Shown here: one piece after another, positions 37,175 to 45,573 of the stretch
How the letters are laid out: every line of letters starts with the position of its first letter
Numbering within the stretch: the first letter of the stretch is position 1
Source: a virus
Virus record (IMG/VR): IMGVR_UViG_3300031991_000033
DNA: 64,000 nucleotides
Direction: 5' to 3' (one strand)
Position numbers and translations under genes: made by a program
The notes under the pieces: model-generated
Seen by the model: only the letters and a program-made list of their open reading frames with translations
What the model was told of the DNA's origin: nothing
The model's database searches: none

Positions 37175-37494
37175 TACTCAGCCTCTTTGCTCAAAGCTTT
37201 CTCTAACAACACGCAGAGGCGTTCCATTTTGGCAATCAAATTTTCATCCACAGGTGAGTCAACATCTTCGACACACAAATCAGATGGCTTCTTGCGTGGA
37301 AATGGTTGATCAAAGTCCACCTTCTCGGCTCGACTGGCTTCATTGGTGGTTGTAAGAAACATGATTGGATAACCCGCTTCCTTACACTTAGCCAAAGCGT
37401 CTGGGCTGTATTTCTTGATCAAATCAATCAGGCTTTTTTCCTCATCACCTTGGAAGTTGTCCCGGTTGATGAAGATGTTCAAAAATCCTTGCAT
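37174..37494 (-). CDS. Tandem paralog family member 1
   Basis: GFLNIFINRDNF...SRAEKVDFDQPFP; AAGGAG RBS. Confidence 0.8.
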   Translation of the reverse strand: MQGFLNIFINRDNFQGDEEKSLIDLIKKYSPDALAKCKEAGYPIMFLTTTNEASRAEKVDFDQPFPRKKPSDLCVEDVDSPVDENLIAKMERLCVLLEKALSKEAE

Positions 37495-37510
37495 AGTTTC
37501 TCCTTAAAAA

Positions 37511-37888
37511 TCAACGCCAGAAGGATACATAGAGATATTCATCATCACGCCATGTGCTGAAGTAATTGAATCCCACCACTTCACACAGCTTTTGACAAAC
37601 ATCGATTTGATCTAACGGCACTTGCAAATTTTGTACTGTGCTGTAGTTGAGTTTCTCGACTACGATTCTTTCACCGAAAAACTCTTCTAACTTCGCTACA
37701 TCCTCTTCTCTAATATGATTGAGGAAGTCAAGCATTGCTGATCGTCCAACCTGTTTCAGCATCGGCAACTGCCGACCGAGTTTCCATTGTTCAAAGAAGC
37801 TCGAATAGTAGGCTGGGAGAAGTCCACGAATTTCGTCCGAGTTCTCAAAAATCAGTTCTTCCACGTTCGAGAAATTTATGTGTTGCAT
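37511..37888 (-). CDS. Hypothetical protein
   Basis: 125-aa ORF. Confidence 0.7.
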   Translation of the reverse strand: MQHINFSNVEELIFENSDEIRGLLPAYYSSFFEQWKLGRQLPMLKQVGRSAMLDFLNHIREEDVAKLEEFFGERIVVEKLNYSTVQNLQVPLDQIDVCQKLCEVVGFNYFSTWRDDEYLYVSFWR

Positions 37889-37951
37889 ACTCTACTAACC
37901 TCAAGAGGGATAGGTTCATCAACATAATAGAGTCTCAAAGGAGTAGTAATT

Positions 37952-39178
37952 ATGGCTAAAGAAGTCTACCGCCAGCGAAAGAAAGTCAGTGCCGAGGATT
38001 TCGGTTTTGACCAAGAAGAAATGCAAAGGGAAAACACCATGTCACCTACACAAGCTCAGCCTTCTGAAGAAGGCAATCCACTCGAAAGAATCCAAGCTAT
38101 GCAAAATGCAATGGCAAGGGAAACAGGACGTGACGCCCCTAGCGTTATGGCTGACCCAATGGCACGTGCCGCCGCCGAGCAACCTTTTGAAGTTGCTGGC
38201 AACATCCCACCAGCTTTCCGTGATGCTCTCGCTAATCGCATTAGTCAAGTGCAACAAGGAGAAGTACCAGAAGATGGTTCGGTTCCTGAGACTCGTAGAA
38301 ATCATGCTGAGGATCGTCTGGATATGCCGCTGGAAGGTAAGGTTCGCCCTAAGCGACCAACCAAGCCAACTCCCGATACAAAAATTGCAGCAGTGCGATC
38401 TTCGACCGAGTTGCAAAACGTGCTTGCCAAGATCGATAAGTTCTCTGTGTACGACACTGTGGAACTTCCTTCGAAGAGCAAGTTCTACCAAACAATTCCC
38501 TCTGTTATTCATGTTCGCCCAATGACGGGTGAAGAAGAAAACATTCTTGCCACGCCACGTTTCGTAAAGAAGGGTAAGGCTGTTGACAAGATTTTTGAAA
38601 ACGTCATTCGAGAAGACATCGACACTGAGGAACTCCTCTCTATCGACAGAACCTATCTCTTGATCTTCTTGCGTGGTATCTCTTACACGCCTGAATACGA
38701 CGTTGAAGTTAAGTGTCCTAACTGCGACACCAAGTTCAATACCATGATCGACCTCAACATGCTTGAAGTCGAAATGTGTCCAAATGACTTCGGTCCAGAT
38801 AAGCTCGAAGGCGTTCTGCCACGTACTGGTTTGGCTTATAAGTATCGTTTGGCTACTGGTGATGACGAACAGCTTGTCACTCGTCACCGTGAAATGCACA
38901 TCAAAGAATTCGGTGACCAGAAGGAAGATGATACCCTGTTGTATCGCTCCGCTCTGTTGCTCGAATACATTGATGAAGTTGAAAACACCAACGAACTTCT
39001 TATGCTTTTGCGTAAGCTTCCTGTTGAAGACGTGAATTACATTCGTAACACGATCAACGAGCCGCCTTTTGGTGTGGAAACTGATATTGGTTTGATTTGC
39101 CCCTCTTGCACGGAAGAGTTCGAAATTGCTCTGCCGCTAGAAGCAAATTTTTTCTTCCCTCGGAAGAAGACGGAGTAG
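37952..39178 (+). CDS. T4 gp26-like baseplate hub / tail assembly chaperone with a long N-terminal extension
   Basis: VELPSKSKFY, VRPMTGEEENIL, LSIDRTYLLIFLRGISY, VKCPNC, LPRTG...YRLATG and ICPSC; ends NFFFP. Confidence 0.8.
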   Translation: MAKEVYRQRKKVSAEDFGFDQEEMQRENTMSPTQAQPSEEGNPLERIQAMQNAMARETGRDAPSVMADPMARAAAEQPFEVAGNIPPAFRDALANRISQVQQGEVPEDGSVPETRRNHAEDRLDMPLEGKVRPKRPTKPTPDTKIAAVRSSTELQNVLAKIDKFSVYDTVELPSKSKFYQTIPSVIHVRPMTGEEENILATPRFVKKGKAVDKIFENVIREDIDTEELLSIDRTYLLIFLRGISYTPEYDVEVKCPNCDTKFNTMIDLNMLEVEMCPNDFGPDKLEGVLPRTGLAYKYRLATGDDEQLVTRHREMHIKEFGDQKEDDTLLYRSALLLEYIDEVENTNELLMLLRKLPVEDVNYIRNTINEPPFGVETDIGLICPSCTEEFEIALPLEANFFFPRKKTE

Positions 39179-39372
39179 ACCCCAGCGTAGTTCTGTGGCA
39201 CACTCTCATGGAGGAGTTGTTTTTCTTCCAATATCATTTGCACATGTCAAAGCAAGACTGCATGACGCTACCGATTCACGAACGCAAGTGGTTGATTCAA
39301 CGCTTTGTCGAACAGAAAAAGAAAGAAAACGACGCTATCGAAAAAGCCAAGAAGAAGGCGAGGAAAAATTAG
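39148..39372 (+). CDS. gp51-like / tail-chaperone extension, reachable by -1 frameshift at T_TTT_TTC (39148-39154) or from ATG 39207
   Basis: EELFFFQYHLHMSKQDCMTLPIHERKWLIQRFVEQKKKEN pattern; the -1 frame is open across the slippery site; no SD before ATG 39207. Confidence 0.65.
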   Translation, partial: FFLPSEEDGVDPSVVLWHTLMEELFFFQYHLHMSKQDCMTLPIHERKWLIQRFVEQKKKENDAIEKAKKKARKN

Positions 39373-39572
39373 TGAGTGATTCCAATACACCCAAAGCTAT
39401 TCTGCGTGGTTTTCCTCCAAGCAACAACATAGGTGGAGGTCATAGTGTGGGTGGACATTATTTTCCACCTACACTAAATGGCGAAAAACCACCCAACCGT
39501 TATAATGTGTGGTTGCGTCGATATTACGTGAAACAGTTTAAGAAACGTCTGGCAGCATTCGGAAATAACTAA
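39372..39572 (+). CDS. 66-aa protein carrying the sheath N-terminal decapeptide AILRGFPPSN
   Basis: GTG start overlapping the upstream TAG; MSDSNTPKAILRGFPPSNNIGGG... Confidence 0.65.
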   Translation: MSDSNTPKAILRGFPPSNNIGGGHSVGGHYFPPTLNGEKPPNRYNVWLRRYYVKQFKKRLAAFGNN

Positions 39573-39583
39573 GGAGAGTTACA

Positions 39584-40324
39584 ATGGCATTGAAGGAACG
39601 TTTTCAGAATCCAACCAGCATCGATACAGTCCGCCTCAGATTGTTCACATACAATGCGAACAATTTTGCTGACATCGAACTAATCGAAAAGGTAGACATC
39701 TACTACCTAGACCCAGAAGAGAAGTCAGCAGAGAATCCAGATGGTCGGCGTCTAGTCGATACGATTCCCGGCACGGCAGTACAAGCACTTGATACAGGTC
39801 ACTATGTACTCGACTTGCCTCTTGAAACAGAGAAGTATGTTATCGGTCGTTACTTAGACGTTTGGACGATCTATCCGATTATCGACCAACCAGTTCAAAC
39901 GGTTGTCAACTTCTTTGATGTTTACCCGAATATGTGGTACACCACGGCTACGCCAGTTGTGTATGACTTTTCGTTCCATTTCCAACCTAACCGACTTCGA
40001 CAAGGCTCGAAGCAATATCTCATTGCAGAAATTGTACCAAATGTACCGAAGGCAACTGATCTCTGTCGTTACTACGAGAATCTCGCCATCGCAGCAACAA
40101 TTTCTCTCTCTATTGAACAGATGTGCGGTCCTTGCACGCCTGAAGAATCCGACCTAGCTTTAGTGGTTGATGACGAATTGATCGAATTGCGAGAAAAGAG
40201 ATTCGCATATTACCATCTCGATACAGAAGAGATGGATTGTGGAGTCTACAACGTATGGTTCAAGCTGGAATTCGGCGGGAACACATACATCTCAGATAAA
40301 ATGCAGTTGGAAATTTTTAATTAG
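39584..40324 (+). CDS. Putative virion structural protein (beta-sandwich-like)
   Basis: AAGGAG RBS; lies in the tail/baseplate region; no enzyme motif. Confidence 0.7.
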   Translation: MALKERFQNPTSIDTVRLRLFTYNANNFADIELIEKVDIYYLDPEEKSAENPDGRRLVDTIPGTAVQALDTGHYVLDLPLETEKYVIGRYLDVWTIYPIIDQPVQTVVNFFDVYPNMWYTTATPVVYDFSFHFQPNRLRQGSKQYLIAEIVPNVPKATDLCRYYENLAIAATISLSIEQMCGPCTPEESDLALVVDDELIELREKRFAYYHLDTEEMDCGVYNVWFKLEFGGNTYISDKMQLEIFN

Positions 40325-40341
40325 TCTTATATATAAGTATT

Positions 40342-40986
40342 ATGACTAAGAATACCAAAGAGCAAAATCGCAAATATGCCGCAGAACGTAGACAGAGACT
40401 CGCCAATGCTGGGCTATGTTTAATGTGTGGTAAGATATCTTCATTAGATGGTAAAACTAGATGTGGACCGTGTTTTGAAAAACACAATCTATTTTTGAGA
40501 AAAAGCTACGAACGTCGAAAGAAAAAAAGCATTGAAGAAAATCTATGTTCTAATTGTTTGAAGAATGAACCAATTAACGGTTCACAAATGTGTGAAGTAT
40601 GTGCTTTGTATGCTAGAGACCGTTATTATAAACGTAAAGAACGTGGCATCTGTGCGTATTGCACACAACCAGCATTGGATGGCTTAACTCGGTGTTTGGA
40701 ATGTTCTGAAAAGCATAAGTTAGATCGAAAACTTTTGAGAAAAGAGATTTTTGAAGCTTATGGCGGTGCAATTTGTAACTGTTGTGGTGAAACAATGGAA
40801 AAGTTCTTGACCATTGATCATGTTAACAATGACGGCTCGAATCATCGCAAAAAATTACACCAAAGTATGTTGTACAAATGGTTGAAACAGAAAAACTTTC
40901 CCATAGGTTTTCAAGTGCTTTGTTGGAATTGTAATATCGGTAAATCTAAAAATGGTGGCGTATGTCCACATAAGGAGAACGCATGA
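40342..40986 (+). mobile_element. HNH endonuclease (probable homing endonuclease) with repeated CxxC Zn-binding units
   Basis: AYGGAICNCCGE..LTIDHVNNDG..HR...FQVLCWNCNIGK; six upstream CxxC units; visibly AT-richer than its flanks. Confidence 0.85.
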
Positions 40987-41627
40987 GCGAAAGACAAGAA
41001 ATTCTGCGAAGCATCATCGCAGACTTAGAAGCAATGATGCTTAAAGCCAATGTGAACATTCCATTGCTTGAAAAAGCAAAAGAGAAATTGAACATTGGAG
41101 AAGAACTAAGTAAGAGAGGGGCTGAAGAGTACAAAAGTAGAAATCAACCCGTCTCTGAAAAAGAAAACCATATTCGCATGGGTATTGGCGAGATCGGTCG
41201 TCCCAATGTGATTTTCCCAAGAGCTTTTCGATTTTTGTTGAAAAGCAAGTGTTTGCCAAGGCTTGAACATTTCGTCGTTAAAGTAAAACCACACTTTACT
41301 GGTGGAACACTTACCTTGGAGGTCTATGAAATCATTGATGAAACAGACTTTGCACAAAGTTTGCACGACTGGATTTTTGACCTAGCTTCCGAGAAACTAT
41401 CGGACGAACTTACTCTTACAACTTATGACGGTTGTGGTTCGCCACTCTACGAAATGAAGTTTACGGGAATCAAAGTTCTCGATCATCAGTTAAGTGGCTT
41501 CGACTACAGTATAAGTGACACGTCAAACCAGCAGTTATTGCTTAGTTTCGACACCGTTGTACGAAAGTCATTAGTGAAGAAAAAAGGGGAATCCGATGGA
41601 TCATGTAACACGAGTAAGACCAATTAA
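40983..41627 (+). CDS. Degenerate tail-tube (gp19-like) paralog 5 with an N-terminal extension
   Basis: Internal MGIGEIGRPNVIFPRAFRF and YDGCG match the tube paralogs. Confidence 0.7.
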   Translation: MSERQEILRSIIADLEAMMLKANVNIPLLEKAKEKLNIGEELSKRGAEEYKSRNQPVSEKENHIRMGIGEIGRPNVIFPRAFRFLLKSKCLPRLEHFVVKVKPHFTGGTLTLEVYEIIDETDFAQSLHDWIFDLASEKLSDELTLTTYDGCGSPLYEMKFTGIKVLDHQLSGFDYSISDTSNQQLLLSFDTVVRKSLVKKKGESDGSCNTSKTN

Positions 41628-42216
41628 AGTAAGTCCGCCAAAAGACGGACTAGAAGCATTGTTGGGCGGAAAAGATGTTGACGCAACGAACTTGCCAAAA
41701 ATGCCGGATGCCCAAAACTACTTCGCCATTCCAGAAAGCAAACCACATCTGCGATCCTTTGTACGTTCCTTTGAATGGAATTGTGTAACACGTGAGATCG
41801 AGATGCTCATTGATGAAACGCCAGCCTTTTCAGCTTATGATTGGCTGATAAGCATCAATAAGAAAAAACAAGAGAATCAAGATAAGCCACTCGGCGAACT
41901 GCAACAAGACTGCCTGACATTGATCCTTATGGATCAGGCAGAGCGGGAGGTTGCTAGAATCCGTTTCCGTGGACTTGAGCTTATCTCTCACAGGTGCGGT
42001 TTGAGTACACCAGAAGATGGTGCAACCTTTGGAGTGGAACCTTCAGATGAATTCGTACCAGTAAGACATCTCCTGATTCTGAAATACCAATCAGGCGAAT
42101 GTTCTAACAATAAGCTGCAATACCATGAGCCAGAAGATTTTGACTCCGACCCGGATAAAGAGTGGAGCGAAACTGAACTGGAAATCGAAGTGGCAGATAA
42201 ACCTGAGTCAGAATGA
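41596..42216 (+). CDS. Highly divergent tube-like protein (possible paralog 6)
   Basis: AYDWL...LTLILMDQAEREVARIRFRGL topology resembles the tube fold; weak match. Confidence 0.5.
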   Translation: MDHVTRVRPIKVSPPKDGLEALLGGKDVDATNLPKMPDAQNYFAIPESKPHLRSFVRSFEWNCVTREIEMLIDETPAFSAYDWLISINKKKQENQDKPLGELQQDCLTLILMDQAEREVARIRFRGLELISHRCGLSTPEDGATFGVEPSDEFVPVRHLLILKYQSGECSNNKLQYHEPEDFDSDPDKEWSETELEIEVADKPESE

Positions 42217-42421
42217 TAACAACACGTGTTAATCTGATAACATAAAGCTGGTATTTTTGTAATCGATCTGACTTGATCTTGTGACGTAACTTCTGTTACG
42301 ATATGAGCTTAAAGTTTTTATGGAAAAACCCAAACCAGATGGCATGAAAAATGTCCTCTTTTGGCGAGGTTACGGTATCTCATTGACGAGAACGAAACCT
42401 AATTCCTTTTGGAGGTACAAG

Positions 42422-43165
42422 ATGTACGATTTCAAGTTCGATTACACGAATTTCTTTGATCTTAACGACAAACGAGATCATACCTACCGGTCGGTGCAAA
42501 ACGACTTTGTGTCTAATTTTGCAAACTTCGCCCACAGATACATGAACGTTGACCACGCCAGTGCCTTGGTGATTGGTGAAACGCTTTGGACTCGAATGAG
42601 TGACAAGCGACTTCACTATCACACTCCGGTACACGTGATGTCCATCTTTCAAGATTTCTATAAGTTTGCCAAAGAACGCAAATTTCCAGAGTTCTTAGAA
42701 GCATGGAACTCACCAGAGCATCATCTTGCGATCTGGTTCCACGATGCCGTCTACGTTGTAGGTGCCAAACCGGGCGTTAATGAAAAGTCCAGTGGACAAT
42801 TCATGCGTTCGATGATGCAGCCATTTTGCGATGAAGATTCGCTGGATAAAGCTGATCTTCTCGTAAACGCCACGGCAGAATTCAACAACCTAAAGCTTGA
42901 GGGAAAATTCCATGCAATCATGGATTTGGACATTTCCAACTTCACTTGGGAATGGAAGAACCATGAAGCGGCTTCGGAATGTGTTGCAAGAGAGTTTTCC
43001 AACATTTGTACTCCTAAGCAGTACAATGAAGGACGTGGTAGCTTCTTGAAGATGATACTAGATCGGGATCGAATCTTTCGAACCGAAAGTCTCAACGAGT
43101 ACGGAGATCGATTGGCAAAAGAAAATATCGCCAACGCTCTTTCAAAATTGGGGCAGTGCTGCTAA
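42422..43165 (+). CDS. HD-domain metal-dependent phosphohydrolase
   Basis: HYHTPVHV, LAIWFHDAVY, NEKSS and MDLDIS; GGAGG RBS before ATG 42422. Confidence 0.85.
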   Translation: MYDFKFDYTNFFDLNDKRDHTYRSVQNDFVSNFANFAHRYMNVDHASALVIGETLWTRMSDKRLHYHTPVHVMSIFQDFYKFAKERKFPEFLEAWNSPEHHLAIWFHDAVYVVGAKPGVNEKSSGQFMRSMMQPFCDEDSLDKADLLVNATAEFNNLKLEGKFHAIMDLDISNFTWEWKNHEAASECVAREFSNICTPKQYNEGRGSFLKMILDRDRIFRTESLNEYGDRLAKENIANALSKLGQCC

Positions 43166-43174
43166 TATAAAGAC

Positions 43175-43241
43175 ATCCTCGGTGGTTTGACCTAGCCGCC
43201 AAGAGAGTCCCTGCGAACGGACTCTCAATGCCTGTGAGGAT
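43175..43241 (+). ncRNA. Candidate structured 5' leader (multibranch RNA)
   Basis: ATCCTC/GAGGAT closing stem enclosing GGTGGTT/AGCCGCC and GAGAGTCC/GGACTCTC hairpins. Confidence 0.35.
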
Positions 43242-43277
43242 CAGGTTTGAACAATACTAGGTTTTGAGGAGGTACAA

Positions 43278-44261
43278 ATGGTGTACTCGAATAAGTTCGT
43301 TATGTGTGTTTTGGTTGACGGCAAGCCCGTCAAAGAACTTGCCAATGGCGAAGTTCAAATTCCCTTCAATACGGAATACGTTCTAAGATTCCGTAACAAG
43401 AACGACCGACGTGCTGTCGTGAAGTTCTGGATCGACGGTGAACTGGTAAGTGGTGCTGGCGGTTACGTCATCCCTGCCAACGATCACATCGACATCAAGC
43501 GTCACAACAATCGTGATGCAGCTTTTGTACTCGTGCCACTCGACTCTGCTGAAGCCGTAGACGCCGGTAAAAACGGTCCTAACTACGACAAGCAAAAGGG
43601 TGTTGTGAAAGCCGAGTTCACGCTTGAGAAGAAGTATGAGCCGGTGCGTGAGATTCATCACCACCACAATCACTACTACCCTCGAACTCGTCGTGTTTCT
43701 CCACCGATCTATCCAAATCCTTGGCGTCCTTACGAACCTTTGTGGCTCAACGACCAATCCGTTACATGCGGCGGTCCTGAAGTCCACAATGGTGGAATGA
43801 CCAGCGATTACTCGATGGGTGATAAAGTCAGGAGTATGTCTAGTGGCTTGAGCTACAATTCTCTGGCTTCAAGTGCTGGTGCCGAGATGTCTTGTCACGC
43901 TGCACCATCCGAAGACATCGCACAGTTCAAGCGAATCTCGATGCCTAGTGTTTCAAGTCCTGCTGTGCAGGATGGATGCACTGTTGAGGGAACTGCAACA
44001 GGTCAGCGTTTTGGTACAACCTACGTTGATCTCGAAGATACGTCAACCACACTGCAAATTTTCTTGCGTGGGTATGATGTGGGATATGAGTTCCCAGAGA
44101 CGAGACGTGTTGAACGTCCTGTTCGTCGTCGTGAAGAGACCGTTGATCTCGAAAGCGAAAACGAACGGTTGAAGCAAGAAATTGCTGATGCCAAAAAGAA
44201 GAAAAGTCTCGAAGAAGAAAATGAACGACTCAGGCGAGAGCTTGAGAAGTACACAGGTTGA
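43278..44261 (+). CDS. Hypothetical protein (beta-rich N-terminal domain, coiled-coil C-terminus)
   Basis: GAGGAGG RBS; 327 aa; highly biased codons. Confidence 0.85.
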   Translation: MVYSNKFVMCVLVDGKPVKELANGEVQIPFNTEYVLRFRNKNDRRAVVKFWIDGELVSGAGGYVIPANDHIDIKRHNNRDAAFVLVPLDSAEAVDAGKNGPNYDKQKGVVKAEFTLEKKYEPVREIHHHHNHYYPRTRRVSPPIYPNPWRPYEPLWLNDQSVTCGGPEVHNGGMTSDYSMGDKVRSMSSGLSYNSLASSAGAEMSCHAAPSEDIAQFKRISMPSVSSPAVQDGCTVEGTATGQRFGTTYVDLEDTSTTLQIFLRGYDVGYEFPETRRVERPVRRREETVDLESENERLKQEIADAKKKKSLEEENERLRRELEKYTG

Positions 44262-44279
44262 TTCTAAATGACGAAAAAG

Positions 44280-44335
44280 AAAGCCGGGGAAACCCGGCTT
44301 TCTTTGTTTGACAAACAACACAATCTTCGTAAAAT
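44280..44335 (+). promoter_or_regulatory. Terminator hairpin plus sigma70-like promoter cassette upstream of denV
   Basis: AAAGCCGGG-GAAA-CCCGGCTTT, then TTGACA(44308)-N16-TAAAAT(44330) with CTTCG before the -10. Confidence 0.8.
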
Positions 44336-44363
44336 GATCACACATCGAAGATCGGATACGACA

Positions 44364-44735
44364 ATGACCAGAATCAATGCGGGTATTGATCCCGCTTCTC
44401 TACATCGTCAACACTTGTTAGCCGAACATCGTGAAATCAAACGCATACCCAATATGGTTGCAAGTGGAAAAGCCAAAATTGAGGGAATTCCTAAGAACTT
44501 CACTCTTGGTAAAGGTCACGTGAAGTTCTTTTATGACAAACTTGGGTACTTGAAACTGCGATATATTTCGATCCACAATGAGTGCCGCCGTCGTGGTTAC
44601 AACGTAACCAACTATGAAAATGCTTGGAACGATGTTCCCACTCATTTAATGAATCAATGGACTCCAAGTCCAGAGGACACTAGGCTGGTATTCGAAAGAA
44701 TACAAATCAGACTTAGAGAAAAGGATTTACTTTGA
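44364..44735 (+). CDS. denV: Pyrimidine dimer DNA glycosylase / endonuclease V
   Basis: MTRIN...L..QHLLAEHREIKRI...FTLGKGHVKFFYDKLGYL..RY..I..E...RG. Confidence 0.93.
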   Translation: MTRINAGIDPASLHRQHLLAEHREIKRIPNMVASGKAKIEGIPKNFTLGKGHVKFFYDKLGYLKLRYISIHNECRRRGYNVTNYENAWNDVPTHLMNQWTPSPEDTRLVFERIQIRLREKDLL

Positions 44736-45376
44736 AGACCTACCCAAGTATTCCACATTCGGGCAAAGCCCCTCGTGATGAACCGTGCCACGTATTCGTG
44801 AAATACGATGGCAGTAATCTTCGTTTTGAGTGGTCGAAGAAACAAGGCTGGTACAAATTTGGTACTCGAAAAACCATGTTTGATTCCAGCCATCCCATCT
44901 ACGGTTCTGCCATAGAACTCTTCCGTCAAAGATACGCAGACGGTTTGGCTCAAATCTTCACCACCAACAAACGATATCAACACGCCACCAATGTGATTGT
45001 GTTTGCTGAGTGGTTCGGTGCCAAAACTTTCGCCGGTCAGCACAAACCCGATGATCCCAAGACCCTCATTTTGTTTGATGTCAACATTCACAAGAAGGGT
45101 CTTCTGAGTCCCAAAGAGTTCTTGGATGATTTCGGGCATCTTGAAGTTGCCGAACTTCTTGAACGTCGTCATTTGGACGACGAGTTCATCGCACAAATTC
45201 GCAGTAGCGAATACGACTGTACTTCAAAACTTGCAATCGCCAATGAGATTCCAGAAGGCGTAATTTGTAAGGGAAGTGCTGGACACGATCTTTGGATGTG
45301 TAAAATCAAAACTCAAAACTACCATGACAAACTCAAGGAAACCTTGGGCGAGGATTGGACCAAACATTGGGAGTAG
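44732..45376 (+). CDS. Second RNA ligase-like nucleotidyltransferase (Rnl2-like, catalytic domain only)
   Basis: MKTYPSI, KYDGSNLR, FAEWFG, LFDV, EGVICKG and MCKIKT; TTG start. Confidence 0.75.
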   Translation: MKTYPSIPHSGKAPRDEPCHVFVKYDGSNLRFEWSKKQGWYKFGTRKTMFDSSHPIYGSAIELFRQRYADGLAQIFTTNKRYQHATNVIVFAEWFGAKTFAGQHKPDDPKTLILFDVNIHKKGLLSPKEFLDDFGHLEVAELLERRHLDDEFIAQIRSSEYDCTSKLAIANEIPEGVICKGSAGHDLWMCKIKTQNYHDKLKETLGEDWTKHWE

Positions 45377-45380
45377 AACG

Positions 45381-45572
45381 ATGAAGCGTAGCGAGTTGAT
45401 CCCCGGCAAAACATACAAGATGAAGAAGTATTACGACGGCAACTCTGCTGGCACTGAGGTCATCTTCAAATGGATGACTCAGGATGATAAATGGGCTGTT
45501 TGCAACCCGGTTGGAGAACCGAGTATGCAAGATTCAATGTGTCTTGATCCCGAAGAACTTGAGGAGGTTTAA
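45381..45572 (+). CDS. Small hypothetical protein
   Basis: GGAG RBS; 63 aa. Confidence 0.6.
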   Translation: MKRSELIPGKTYKMKKYYDGNSAGTEVIFKWMTQDDKWAVCNPVGEPSMQDSMCLDPEELEEV

Positions 45573-45573
45573 C

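Noticed and set aside
42273-42302. Sigma70 promoter and short GTAAC/GTTAC palindrome upstream of the HD hydrolase
   Set aside because: The -35 and -10 matches are weak, with an 18-nt spacer that does not fit the 16-nt design seen elsewhere; too uncertain to call.
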